Source of the DNA: Octopus sinensis
Lineage: Eukaryota
Direction: 5' to 3'
DNA: 64,000 nt
Assembly: GCF_006345805.1 (NCBI RefSeq)
Contig: NC_043002.1
Location: forward strand, 6,324,001 to 6,388,000
A program made the position numbers and the translations under genes. The first letter of the stretch is position 1; the number at the start of each line of letters is the position of its first letter. Of the stretch, positions 23,690 through 37,748 are shown piece by piece. Below the pieces are notes generated by a model. That model was not told where the DNA came from. It searched no databases and saw only the letters and a program-made list of their open reading frames with translations.

Positions 23690-24590
23690 TATCCCAGTGC
23701 TTGACAAGTGTTTCATTTTCTCGACCACGAGAAGATGAAAAGCAAAGTTAACCTAGGCGGATTTGAACAGAGAACGTTAAAATCCGGAAGAAATGCTAAT
23801 AAACATTTTGCCCGATGTACTAACGATTCTACCAACTTGCTGCCTTAATAATAATAATAATCCTTTCTAGTATAGGACCAAGACCTGACATTTGTGGAGA
23901 GGGTATTAGTTGATTACATCACCCCTAGTGTTTCACTGGTACTCAATGTATCGGCCCCGAAAGGTTGAAAGGTAAAGTCAATCCCAGCAGAATTTTAACT
24001 CAGAACGTAATGACGGACGAAATGCCGCTAAGCATTGTGCCCGGTGCGCTAACGGATCTGCTATCTCGCCATCTTAATAATAATAATAATCGTTTCAAAT
24101 TTTTACCACAAGGGCAGCAATTTCGGGGGAGGGGATGAGTTGACTACATCAATCACAGTATTCGACTGGCACTTATTTTATCGACCCCAAAAGGATGAGA
24201 GGCAAAATCGACCTCGGTGGAATTTGAACTCAGAACGTAGCGGCAGACGAAATACCTATTTCTTTACTACCCACAAGGGGCTAAACACAGAGAGGACAAA
24301 CAAGGACAGACAAACGGATTAAGTCAATTATATCGACCCCAGTGCATAATTGGATAGCAATAATAATTATTTCTACTCTAGGCCCAAGTCCTAGAAAATT
24401 TTATGAGGAGGGGACAAGTCGATTGCATCGACCCCAGTGCGTAACTGGTACTTATTTTATTGACCCCCGAAAGGATGAAAGTTAAAATCGGCCTCGGCGG
24501 AATTTGAACTCAGAAGTAGCGGCAAACGAAATATGCCTAAGCATTTCGCTCGGCGTGCTAAAGATGTTTCCAACTCGCCGTCTTGGATAA
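23690..24590 (-). mobile_element. Cluster of nested/partial SINE family A-like copies
   Basis: At least four CGACCCC.AAAGGATGAAAGGCAAAGTCGACCTCGGCGGAATTTGAACTCAG-type segments separated by (AAT)n. Confidence 0.8.
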
Positions 24591-26091
24591 CAATAATAAT
24601 AATAATAATAAGGACGACGACGGTGGTGATGATAACAATTCTTTCTTTATAAATAATTCGCTTAAACTAAGAAAAAAAATCTCTTTCAGTAAAGTAAAAT
24701 GAATGGACCAACAAAAACTGGTCAAATTGTTTCGCATTATTTTCTTGTATCGATACCTTTACGTAGTGATTTCAAATCCCAGAGGGATCGCGATGCTTTT
24801 CATCGTTCCGAAGTCGATTAAGTAACACCATTGAAGCACTAAACTGGATATAATTGAAGATACTTTCTTCCAAAATTTATCACCATGTGGCTACGCTGAA
24901 TTTCTTTATATTTCTTTATATTGTTTTATTCACTTTATATTGTTTTTATTGTTAACTTCACTGCTGCTCCTGATGTGTTTCTTTTTATTTGTTTAACCGT
25001 TTGAACTAAAGAATTGAAACATTAACATTCGAAGAGTAAAAATAACAAAAAATGTAAGTAAAATATAATTGTTGTTGTGGGCTGTTTAGTCTCATGTTAG
25101 CTCTGTCTGAAGAAGCTCTATGATCAAAGACGTTCCAATAATGACTATCCCGTCTTTCTCTTGGGATTTACATATCTAATTCTAAATTCTATAACACCAT
25201 TTAAAAAAAAATAACATTTAGGAGTCAGAAGAAAGGAACGGACACATTATCAAGATTCTTACTGAATTTACAATCAACCATAACGTTATTTAATATAAAA
25301 TATAAAGTCTCTTGCTTTGCAATTCTTTGCACTACCAATAAATGTAACTTTTTAGCTTTGTACTGGTGTAACTTCTTGGTAGAGTATTTGTTTCAGGTGC
25401 AAATAGTGATACAATCATTCCACAAGTTAATAGTCATGAAATTCTGCAACGATATCAGTCATTCAGTATGCCTAAAATAAGAAACACGAATCGTCCTAGT
25501 TAGGGCATCATTGATCAGAGGTCTGCTCAGTCGGGGCTGATATTGGATAACATGATTAACGTCATCATCGAAAACAACAACTGTTTCAAATCCCAACTGA
25601 CATCACATATCAAACAAAATTGTCTACGAACGGATCCTTAGTCAGAATTCGAACGCATATATCCAATAGAGCAATTACAATTTAATTTTCCCGAATAAGT
25701 CTACTCCATCACGCTCTACCCCAAGCCGAACATCAAGAAAAGGAGCTGCAATCTCAGATTCACTATCAATAGTTGGCTTAAGGATTAATATGATTAATGG
25801 CGAATCATTTCCTTTGCATACTACTACCTAGAAAATATTAACATGTAGCGTACTTTTAGGATGGATTCTGAGACGAATCAGAATGACAAAATAAGAAATC
25901 ACATTAGTCCTGTGTAGAACATTCTCAGCCGTCTGTACAACTGTTCTCAGCAGTAGTCGCTGTATGATTTAAACTGAAGACAGAACTTGGAACAGTCCAA
26001 TACTGTACGTCATGATTGCCTCAATGCAACAAATGTGTTGCTGGAATTGGTTGCAAGAACCAAGTCTACTAACCGGAATGAAGTGAGAAAG

Positions 26092-26147
<56 letters not shown>

Positions 26148-26234
26148 AATCCAAACGGGAAAACAAAAAAACAACAACAATGGAACAATTACAGTATTAT
26201 TATTAATAGGCGCTCAGGAAATGGAAGCAGGAAG

Positions 26235-26266
26235 GTATGACGTTTCGAGCGGAGCTCTTCGTCGGA

Positions 26267-26269
<3 letters not shown>
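26235..26269 (-). ncRNA. Hammerhead-like motif (C-C-G-A-C-G-A core variant)
   Basis: Minus: GTTT-CCGACGA-A-GAGC TCC GCTC-GAAA-CG-TC-ATAC; stem I has one mismatch. Confidence 0.5.
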
Positions 26270-26305
<36 letters not shown>

Positions 26306-26329
26306 TTTATTTAAAGCAGCGGAAAATTC

Positions 26330-26384
26330 TACAAAACCTGTTACTCTGAGTTTCACGTCCTCGTTCGTCGGACAATTTTTGTTA
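26330..26384 (-). ncRNA. Hammerhead-like motif, same family as 38806-38860
   Basis: Minus: ...TTGT-CCGACGA-ACG AGGA CGT-GAAA-CTC A GAG-TA-ACAG; AATAAA ~25 nt downstream. Confidence 0.6.
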
Positions 26385-26388
26385 GAGT

Positions 26389-26420
<32 letters not shown>

Positions 26421-26538
26421 TGTTGTATTTAGGAATGGTCATTTTGCCAGTTTAGCCAATAAAAACACACGCACTATATATTTGGTGTTACTTTGATTCA
26501 GCGTTATTTATTTTTTACATTAATCTTAATCTTATTTC

Positions 26539-26582
26539 GGCCAGAGTCCTTTCGTCACACTTCTGTGACCTCATCAGTGGTC
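26539..26582 (-). ncRNA. Minimal type I hammerhead with canonical CUGAUGA core
   Basis: Minus: GACCA-CTGATGA-G-GTCACA GAAG TGTGAC-GAAA-GGAC-TC-TGGCC (6-bp stem II). Confidence 0.7.
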
Positions 26583-26752
26583 CTTTGCTTTTTTATTTCT
26601 TATTTGTGTGTCTCTCCTTACTAACGGTCAGCCATTTTGTATTTTGTATTCCTTTTGTAAGTGTCTTCATTTGCGCATGCGTATTCTTCTACGTGTGTCT
26701 ATATTTAGTTAGTGTGCGTTTGGGAGGGGAAGTGCCCGTAATAATAATAATA

Positions 26753-26784
<32 letters not shown>

Positions 26785-26798
26785 TAATAATAATAATA

Positions 26799-26839
<41 letters not shown>

Positions 26840-26958
26840 GTAGGTGTAAACACATGAGCAAAATAAAAATAAACAACAACAAATTACACGAACGTATATA
26901 AACAGGAGATACAAATATTACAGGCACTCCCCCCCACTAACTAAACAAACACGCATAC

Positions 26959-27001
<43 letters not shown>

Positions 27002-27164
27002 CGACGGGCTTCTTTCAGTTTCCGTCTACCAAATCCACTCACAAGACTTTGGTTGGCCCGAGGCTATAGTATAAGACACTTGTCCAATGTGCCACGCAGT
27101 GGAACTGAACCCGGAACCATGTGGTTGGTAAGCAAGCTACTTACCACACAGCCACTTCTACGCC

Positions 27165-27266
<102 letters not shown>

Positions 27267-27627
27267 TTTGATATCTATGCTCACACAGACGTAAAGAGGC
27301 ACAGAAAAACCGATGCAACCACACACAGATACGGAGAAAGAGAGAAGAGGAAAGAAAGTAGGAAGGTGAGGGGAGAGAAAGAGAGTGAAAGGCGGAGATT
27401 TTGGAATGGCTAGCTCTAAATTTTAGCAAAGAGAATTATGTTAAACGCCAAACTGGTATCCACTGCATGTGCTAGGTGACCCATTCTCCCTAACCCCAGC
27501 ATTTGGAAACATAATTTAAGTTAGTTTAGTTTTCAAATCAAAGTATTTCAAGGCCTGTAGCTTCTTGATACCTTGTTGAAAACTTGATAATATCAATATG
27601 GGTTGAATTAAAGGTATTCAGGAAACA

Positions 27628-28044
27628 AAGGCGGCGATCTGGCAGAAACGTTAGCACGCCGGACGAAATGCGTAGCCGTATTTCATCTGCCGTTACGTTC
27701 TGAATTCAAATTCCGCCGAGGTTGACTTTGCCTTTCATCCTTTCGGGGTCGATAAATTAAGTACCAGTTACGCACTTGGGTCGATGTAATCGACTTAATC
27801 CGTTTGTCTGTCCTTGTTTGTCTTCTCTGTGTTTAGCCCCTTGTGGGTAGTAAAGAAATACGTATTTCGTCTGCCGTTACGTTCTGAGTTCAAATTCCGC
27901 CGAGGTCGACTTTGCCTTTCATCTTTTCGGGGCCGATTAAATAAGTACCAGTTACGCACTGGGGTCGATGTAATCGACTTAATCCGTTTGTCTGTCCTTG
28001 TTTGTTCTCTCTGTGTTTAGCCCCTTGTGGGTAGTAAAGAAATT
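27628..28044 (+). mobile_element. SINE family A tandem dimer
   Basis: Full copy, then tail AAGAAATAC joined to internal GTATTTCGTCTG of a second copy; TSD GGTATTCA(G/A)GAAA at 27613-27625 and 28045-28057. Confidence 0.9.
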
Positions 28045-29198
28045 GGTATTCAAGAAATAGCTGGAGTGTTTAATTCTAGAGATCCCAAACGAACTGCAAC
28101 AAATAAAAATTAAGACCGTAGAGTCAAACTAAATTCTTCACAAAAGGAGAAAAAGAAGGAAAGCCACAGAAATGTAAAATTAGAGGCAAAAATGAAAAGA
28201 AGCAAATACTGATGTGCTACAGTATGGTCGCTGCCTATGGGCTAACGCAACTAACAGAGCATATATGTGTGTACTTATAAATATTTTAAAATAACGAATC
28301 AGCCAGTGACTGCAGACAAGAAATATACAAATGACATATTTCAAGTGCGTAATAATAAAAAGTTAAGTGCACATAGCATCTTTTATATCTCATATAATTT
28401 AAATTTATACTTTAACCTATATTTAGTCATTTATATTAAATACAATCGTCGTATATTTATTATCACGGTACCGTAACCAATTGGCTGCTATAAAACACTG
28501 ACATATTCGTACTTAGACCAAGAGAAACGCATACGCGTCAATAAGGGAAATAAAAAAACAGAAAAAAGTGGCAAGCTGCGACTCGTACACAGATTTTTTA
28601 GTGTTATGAGGCCGCGAGAGACCGTGTCAGTTTAGTGAGGAACAAAAACGTGAATTAAATTGAAGAATTTGTCAAATTTAGGTCTTCGACGCCGCTGGGG
28701 GAATATCGCCGAATAGGAGACAGAATTCTCTGTATGAAATGACCAAACTGAAAGATGAGCCCTCCTCATTATGACAGCTTGTTATTTTTTCTCTTTCCCT
28801 CTCTCATTCTTTCTCTCTTCTTTCTTTTTCATTTCATTTCATTTAGATAATCATTATTTATAATTTATTATTTATTAGTCTATTTTAGTTATTTCTTTTC
28901 GCTTAGGTCATTTAATCATTTAATTATATATCTATTTATTTTATTGCTGTTTACTATTAGCCTTCTGAAATTTTTAATAGTGAATCCTCTTAATTGACCA
29001 TCATATATTAATGAAAATCACGACATTCACAAACACATGTATATACATACATATACATGTATATGTATGTATATTCATTTATATATGTATACATATGTAT
29101 ACATACATGTGTATATATATATAAATATATATATATGTATATATATATACATACATACATATATACATATACATACATACACACATAAATACATACAT

Positions 29199-29236
<38 letters not shown>

Positions 29237-29245
29237 GTATATGTA

Positions 29246-29305
<60 letters not shown>

Positions 29306-29329
29306 CATGTATATATTATATATATATAT

Positions 29330-29361
<32 letters not shown>

Positions 29362-29534
29362 ATATGTACATAATCTACTTTCACACATACTTACAGATAG
29401 ATACATACACATTTATGTGCTTAAACACATTAATGCATGTCCATAGACAAACATGTGCATGTACAGAGAGAAACACAAGAAAAACTACATGCACACATAC
29501 ATACATGCGTACATACGTGCATACGTTAGTGCAG

Positions 29535-29567
<33 letters not shown>

Positions 29568-30869
29568 CACACATACATTGCATACATACAACTGTGCTTA
29601 TGTATTTTAATGTTACATGCACAGACGTAAACGTTTTCTAAGTAGAATATAATCTTCATCGTAGTCTCGATTCAAATGAAGAAATGACAGTATTAAGGGA
29701 GAGATGATTCCAGGAATGCTGGAATGTGATATACACGTAATTGAACACTTCCTAAATACAGAAACACACACATGCGCATTCACAAACACTATACACAAAC
29801 ATAGAGGTACCCACAAAATACAAAGACATACAGCTTCTATCCGCATGAGACCCAACAAGTGAACAGCTATGTGGCCACTCATGATGCTAAAAGCAGCAAA
29901 TACCTTGCCGTTTTCTTTCTTCGCAGAAAGGACGTAACAGATAATGTAGTCCTATGCATGCAAAAGGACGTGCTAGTCATGGTTGGAATGCCTTTGACTA
30001 TGGGTTTGGTCAATCAGGGCTGACCTGGGGCTAAACAATCACACGATTCATTACACATACGCACACTCACAAACGGCTGCAAGCATTTACAGGCGTGCAC
30101 ATACTCAGACTAACACATCGATATTTACACATACAAAACACTCGAAGAAAAAAATATTCATAGCAACATGTCTGTCCAACCGTGACTGAAGACGATATCG
30201 CTGGCCAGTAAGAACATCGTGTACTCAGTAAATTTAGACTTTACACTTGTTGCTCCACTGGGGACTGATGAGCCTTGCTTTCAATAATCATACACGCCCG
30301 CAGATATTGCTGACCAAACTTACCCCATTCACTACCAGCGGTGCGTTTTCGAGTAGCCCGTTTAAATTTTGCATGAAATATGTTTTTTCGAAAATACCCA
30401 CTTCTTCCTTTATGGTGATCACAAGGATTGCTTTCCTATTTGACCTCACGTATTTCACACGCTTTCAACGAAGACATTACACAATACTTAAATAGCAGTC
30501 TTGGTTTCTGACGGAGTCACTCTCCACAAAGAAATTTGCCATATAGCATGTGTTTAGGGATAACCCAATCAATCATTCAAATAAGCTGCCCATTCCAACG
30601 TAAACAGCGCTTGTGAACAATGATATCTCTGGATAAATAGCGGAATTAATTTTGCTTTCCATACATTAAACTAACGTAATATTAAACTGCATTAACCTAA
30701 CGTAAAAGGCAAAGATGTGATAGCTATCTAGATACAGATTGACAAAGCCGATGTACTGATCGAACTGACGTGTGTATTTTATAGAATAAAAGCATACACA
30801 AGCAGACAACAAGTATCAGATTATTATAAATGATATATTTATATTAATGTTATATTGATATATGTTATA

Positions 30870-31200
30870 CATGCATACATGGTGGCTGCCCCCTCGTTAT
30901 CGAGTATGGCCATTGCACGAAGCTTAATAAATGTTGTTATCGTGCAATGCCTGTTCAAGAAGATATTTTTTTAAGTGAGGAAAGGCTATGCACTGAGTCA
31001 ATCCCACTCAGCAGCCATAATCCGAAAAGAAGAAGAAGTCAACATCAGCGATAACCACTGAGCCGCAGCTTTTATGTCGGAGTTATCCCAGTTTCCTGAG
31101 TTACCTTCTCCTAGAAGGATGCCCTAACAACGGCTGGGAGTCCTTCACTCCCAATGGCTTAACCGCGCGATCGGGTATTCAGTCCGATTATTTCTATGTC
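30870..31200. mobile_element. Interspersed repeat fragment (SINE body or LINE UTR)
   Basis: GC-richer island with hairpin CATTGCACGA...TCGTGCAATG and CCTTCTCCTAG..GGATGCC..AAGGCTGGGAG motif typical of invertebrate SINE/RTE UTR sequences; single copy here. Confidence 0.4.
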
Positions 31201-31753
31201 CCCGCACATGCATACATACATACATACATACATACATACATACATACATACATACATACATACATACATACATGCAATAGGGCCTCTGAGTGTCAAACAC
31301 TTTGCAAAATCTATTATTATTATTCAGAGGCAATGCTTAAAGATACTTGTCCAAGGTGCATGCAGTAAAATCGAAACCTCAACTGCATGGTTCCAAAACA
31401 GACTTCTTCTTCAACATGCAAGTATCTTTATCGCTACTTTATTTATTTATTTGAAATACTAAGCAAGAGAACGAAGAATATTTAGCATATCTGTCTTAGA
31501 AGAAAACGCATTCAAATATACACTCAAGCATAGAATATACGTCATACAATAAATAAATAAATTAATAAATAAATAAATAGATAAATAAACAAATAAATGT
31601 TGGTTCTTTAACGGAAAAAGACAGATATCAAAGGCTAGAAATAGACTTACATATTCGAGAAAAATAATGCTAGACTGGGGGAGAAATTGAACGACAATAC
31701 AAACATCTACATATACAGGTTGATAATGAAATGCCGTTGTGTAGGTTAGTATA

Positions 31754-31792
<39 letters not shown>

Positions 31793-32120
31793 TGTGTGTG
31801 TATGTGTGTGTGTGTGTACGCGCGTGCATGTATATATGTATTCTCATGAATATATATTGAGTACTATTAAGAACATAATATATATATATGTATATATATG
31901 AATATAATATATGTATATATATATATATATAATATGTATATATATACATATATACATATATATACATATATATACATAATATATATATAATATATTATAT
32001 ATATATATACATATATACACACATATATATATATACATATATATATATATACATATACATAGATATAATATATGATATATATATATACATATATATATAT
32101 ATACATACATATATATATAT

Positions 32121-32155
<35 letters not shown>

Positions 32156-32827
32156 CATACATATATATATATACATATATATATATATACGTATATATAT
32201 ATATACATACATATATATATACATACATATACATACTTCATGTGTATCTGTGTATGTATTTATATATACACGCATACATACATGCAAAAATACATACATA
32301 CATACATACATAGATACACACATACATACATACATACATACATACATACATACATACATACATACATACATACATACATACATACATACAGCGGCTCATT
32401 CTCTATTGGCAAGAAATCTTGAAATAAAACCAAACAATGAGGTATACATATATAAAGATAGTTAAATTTCGAGTCTTGTTCTTTCCCTCGTTTTGGTTTA
32501 GGCCGGTAAGAGGGTAGGTGTGAAAATATATGTGCATTTTCCAAGCTTCATTTTTTTCTTATTTATATTTTTTCCCCTGCTTTATTCTTCAAAGATAGAC
32601 CATCCTTCTGTTCTTAATCGTACACATTACAATGACCGCACTACATAAGAAATATCCCTATAATAATAACTACCGGATAAAATATTGCTCTGCTTATGAA
32701 ATAGATTTATGCACACGGGTGTATAATAAGATGCACATGAATATATATGTGTGTTGCAATATATTCATACACGCGTGCATGTAAATATATATGCATATAT
32801 ACATATACATATATATATATAATATAT

Positions 32828-32859
<32 letters not shown>

Positions 32860-32882
32860 ATATATATGAATATATGTATGCA

Positions 32883-32915
<33 letters not shown>

Positions 32916-33239
32916 ATGCATATTAGTATGTATAATAAGAATAAAGGCAGAAAAACAGAAACATAAAGCACTAATGTATATTTTTAGACAGTCTATATAT
33001 GCCCTCTCACAAATTTGCATTTATATACGCATCCATACTGAGATATATGCATTCGTTCGTATATTCGTGAGTGTGTGTATATATGCGTATATGCATTTTT
33101 TTTTATTAATATGAGACCACATATCTACAATGGTATTTCTGCTTAGTTCGTTTTTATTATAATACATACATACACATAAACACACACAAACACATATATA
33201 TTACATACATACGTATATACAAATCAAGCTATATATCTT

Positions 33240-33283
<44 letters not shown>

Positions 33284-33729
33284 CATATATAAATATATAC
33301 ATATATATAATGCATGATATAACACTAAACATATATATATATATATATATGTTTAGTGTTATATCATGCATTATATTTATACATGTTATGCCCATTCACA
33401 CGCTCTAAATGTCCATCCACATACATGCATACTAGCACAAGCAAATACATTAGTAGCCCTATGTAGATATATGCATACACATACCCACCCATACACACAC
33501 ACACACACACCTACACGCACGCACACGCTCTCTCACGCGTACACACGTTCCAATCGTTATTCGAGTGTTGGAAGTAAAGTAATTGCATGTCCAAACAAAT
33601 AGAAAAAATCTAAACTTGCTCTCCTACATTCTGGTGAATAGGAAGTTGACTATATATACATCAACATGGCGGAGATTTTCTCCTGCAAGTAGATTGTAGT
33701 CGTCACTATCGCTGCTGCTGCTGCTGTTG

Positions 33730-34077
33730 CTGTTGAGTGAACGGTCTTCGTCCCAGAGCTCGCAAGATGGGAGAAGTCCGAAACGTGGTCCTTTGCTATT
33801 CGTAAGACCCGCAGAAGACAAAAGCAGGTTAACCCCCGACACCGAGAGCATCGACGGATGGATGAATGCGCATCCAGGCTCAGCGGTTGCGTAGGAAGTC
33901 GGGGACAAGAGACAGGAAGAAAGTTGGAGCGAAAGAGTACAACACGGGTCGTCCCCCCCCCCCCCTGCCGGATCTCTTGAAACTTTTAGGTGTTTTCGCT
34001 CAATAAACACACGCAACGCCCGGTCTGGGAATCGAAACCGCGATCCTCGGACTGCGAGTCCGCTGCTCTAACTACTG
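33730..34077 (-). mobile_element. SINE family C, tail variant 2
   Basis: Same head/body as 2145; tail shared with 52742-53026. Confidence 0.85.
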
Positions 34078-34802
34078 TCGCTGCTGCTGCTCCATCTGTT
34101 GTTGTTTAACTCGACATCAGCCGTCTTCGAGGAGGTCTGTTATGAGAATCATTCAATCCATGCTAACCCTTATCGTATTTTTGTTCCAAGAATTTACCTC
34201 GGCCTCATATTGTCCTTTAATCGATAGCATGTTGTCCTTCAATATTTTAATCTTTTAATCGGCCCACGATATGTTAATCGATAATGTATCGTCTAAAGAC
34301 ATATGGCTGCTATTTCGAGCACTTTGAGCAACCACGTACTCAGTCAATTAAGCGGCTATGTATTTACAGAAAGATAATATTCTTCTACCTACCATAAACA
34401 CTGTGCAGAGTAGTTCTTAATCGAGATAGTACTGGCCTCTGGTGGACGTTGTGAGCTGAAAGGAGCGGCAACTATCAACGAAAGGGATTGGGTATTTATA
34501 GAGGTCGTGATTTTTCTTAGAAATACAAACCTTAAACCTGGTATAAACTTATATTGGAACATATTTTTCAAAACGTCTTACTCAAGATAGAATATGCGGA
34601 CCCCACTCCAGCCATATTATATTATTAATAGACAGAAAATTTTACATTAGAAGTTGTCATCTTGTTTAATAATTTCCATAAAAATGTAACATCAGTGGTA
34701 CCAGTCTCTCCAAAACGGATTATAAGGATTATAATACAGGCATTAGTTTAGGTAGCCCTAGACATGCGAAAGGACGTCTTATATTCTTTACAGACGTCTT
34801 AT

Positions 34803-35010
34803 ATTTCTTTACAGAGGGGGCAAACAAGGACAGACAAAGAGATTAAGTCGATTATATCGACCCCAGTGCGTAACTGGTACTTTATTTATCGACCCCGAAA
34901 GGATGAAAGGCAAATTCGACCCCGGCGGAATTTGAACTCGGAACGTAACGGCAGACGAAATACGGCTACGCATTTCGCCCGGCGCGCTAACGTTTCTGCC
35001 AGCTCGCCGC
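34803..35010 (-). mobile_element. SINE family A (3'-shortened) inserted in another repeat
   Basis: Reverse complement of consensus; AAGGACGTCTTA on both flanks. Confidence 0.85.
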
Positions 35011-35387
35011 CAAGGACGTCTTAGTCATAGTTTAAACGCTGTAGACTATGGGTTTGGTCAGAGATGACCTGAGGCTAGACAATCACGTGTGTCAGTACAC
35101 ATAAACACACTGACAGATTACAGATATATACACATATAAACACTTACAAGCATTTACAGGCGAGCACATATCCAGAGAAACACATCGATATTCACACACA
35201 AACACTCGAAGAAAAAATACTCATGGAAACATCTTGGCTCTCAGCTCATAGAGAATTAAAATGTTTGGAAATTCTCTCCCTATCTTCCTGTTCAAGAAAT
35301 CTTTTCGGATGAATATTAAAGTGAATATTAACGACTCTAACTTCACCCAGACTTTTTTTTTTGCTACCAGGAGTAGCTGTGTGGTAA

Positions 35388-35756
35388 GTAGCTTGTTTAC
35401 CAACCACATGGTTCCGGGTTCAGTCCCACTGCGTGGCACCTTGGGCAAGTGTCTTCTACTTTAGCCTCGGGCCGACCAAAGCCTTGTGAGTGGATTTGGT
35501 AGACGGAAACTGAAAGAAGCTCGTCGTATATATGTGTATATATGCGTGTGTGTGTTTGTTCCCCTAGCATTGCTTGACAACCGGTGCTGGTGTGTTTACG
35601 TCCCCGTCACTTAGCGGTTCGGCAAAAAAGAGACCGATAGAATAAGTACTGGGCTTACAAAAGAATAATTCCCGGGGTCGAGTTGCTCGATTAAAGGCGG
35701 TGCTTCATCACGGCCGCAGTCAAATGACTGAAACAAGTAAAAGAGAGTAAAGAGTA
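35388..35756 (+). mobile_element. SINE family B
   Basis: High similarity to 1698-2106. Confidence 0.9.
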
Positions 35757-35929
35757 AATGGTCAAAATCTTGAAAAGCATTTCCTTTCTTAGGCGGAATG
35801 AGAAAAAGCAATTCAGTTTGTTTTTATGCATCTTAGCCAAACCCTTGTAGTTAAGGAATTTGTCAAGGAAGAAAACCATACTAAGGCTTAAAATCCTTTT
35901 GTTCCTCAGTTTCATTTTTTATATAATTT

Positions 35930-36531
35930 CTCTCTCATTTTTCTCTCCCCCTTTCTTCCTCTGCGTCTCTATCTTTTGCTACCTTTATCTCTCTTCGTCT
36001 TAGTCTATCTGTCTGAGAGTCTGCTTCCTTTCTGCCCCACCTCTTTCTTTGCTAGTCTCTCCCTCTCATTTTTCCCCTCTATTTCCGTATCATTCGCTCG
36101 ATCCTTTACTGCTCCCTGTCTGTCTGTTCGTCTCATTTTCACAGCCTCTCTTATTTTTAGGAATGTATTGGATTTCGGAAGTGTCTGCTGTCTGCTTAGG
36201 GATAGAATCGGGGCAGCTTCTCCCTAAAAGTTTTGACTGTCACGTCTTCAAAAACACATCGACCTTTCTCTCTGTCCCCCTGCCTCTCCCTTCTCTCCTC
36301 TTCCATCTTCATCCCCCTATATCTCCTTCTCTCTCTCTCTCTGTCTCTCTCTATCTCTCCTTCTGTTTCAGAACTAAGTTTGTCTCCGAATATTCGTCTG
36401 TTATCTGTCTCTCACTGTACCTTTCTTTGTTTTAAGTTTGTCTCCCTCGTATTCTTTCCCCGCCTCTCTTTCTGTTTCTGACTCATTGATTCCTCCTTCC
36501 TTCCTTCCTTCCTTCCTTCTTTCATTCCTTC

Positions 36532-36593
<62 letters not shown>

Positions 36594-36655
36594 GTCTATC
36601 TATCTATCTGTCTATCTATCTATCTACCTACCTACCTACCTACCTACCTACCTAC

Positions 36656-36687
<32 letters not shown>

Positions 36688-36740
36688 TTCTGGCTTCCTA
36701 TTTCTTTCCCTTTCTACCATCTTTCAGACCCTTTTCTCAG
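35930..36740. repeat. Polypyrimidine / (CT)n / (TATC)n / (CCTA)n low-complexity tract
   Basis: Read directly. Confidence 0.85.
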
Positions 36741-37332
36741 TAGCATATCTTCTTACGGAAGTAGTTTGATGAGAAATTATAACATCTCTAGGGAGGAGTG
36801 TAGATAAGCAGACTTAAAGACAGATGATGAATGGAAGTAGAATGTGTGACGCTTATTGCCCATCCCAGAGGTATTAGCGACATAAGTAATGTGAAATGGC
36901 AAAATCGGGAAATCAAATTCGACCCACAGACTCACGTCGGCGAGAAACTATCTATGATTTTCGATGATAATATAAGAAATTGCCTGTTAGTAATGTAGTA
37001 CAATGATATCGGTGATGACCTAGTTGATACATAAAATAACGGACAATGGACCGAGAAATGCCGGGTTAATAAAGTAGCTTCTATCCAGGAAGTCGATGTT
37101 GCTAGAAATAGCAATCAAAGACAATCACCTTTAAATCACTATCTACAGTCTTCAAAATAAATAAATAAATAAATCAATAAAAGTGACGTTGAATAATTTA
37201 ATTTTAGGTAAGCTAATGCAGTGCCCGTAATACTCCTTTCTACTAGAGGCACAGAACCCGACATTTTTGGATAGGTTGGGGTGCTAATAGATTACATCAA
37301 CCCCAGTGCTCAAGTGGTACATATTTTATTGA

Positions 37333-37748
37333 AGGCGGCGAGCTGGCAGAAACGTTAGCACGCCGGATGAAATGCTTAGCGGTATTTCGTCTGTCGTTAC
37401 GTTGTGAGTTCAAATTCCGCCGAGGTCGACTTTGCCTTTCATCCTTTCGGAGTCGATAAATTAAGTACCAGTTACGAACTGGGGTCGATATAATCGACTT
37501 AATACCTATGTCTGTCCTTGTTTGTCCCCTCTATGTTTAGCCCCTTGTGGGTAATAAAGAAATAGGTATTTCGTCTGTCGTTACGTTGTGAGTTCAAATT
37601 CCGCCGAGGTTGACTTTGCCTTTCATCCTTTCGGGGTCGATAAATTAAGTACCAGTTCCGCACTGGAGTCGATGTAATCGACTTAATACTTATGTCTGTC
37701 CTTGTTTGTCCCCTCTATGTTTAGCCCCTTGTGGGTAATAAAGAAATA
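37333..37748 (+). mobile_element. SINE family A tandem dimer inside an older antisense SINE A copy
   Basis: Perfect 17-bp TSD GGTACATATTTTATTGA at 37316-37332 and 37749-37765. Confidence 0.95.

Noticed and set aside
30870-30960. HDV-like ribozyme at a possible RTE 5' UTR
   Set aside because: CCCTCG loop-like motif present, but P1/P3 pairing could not be built.
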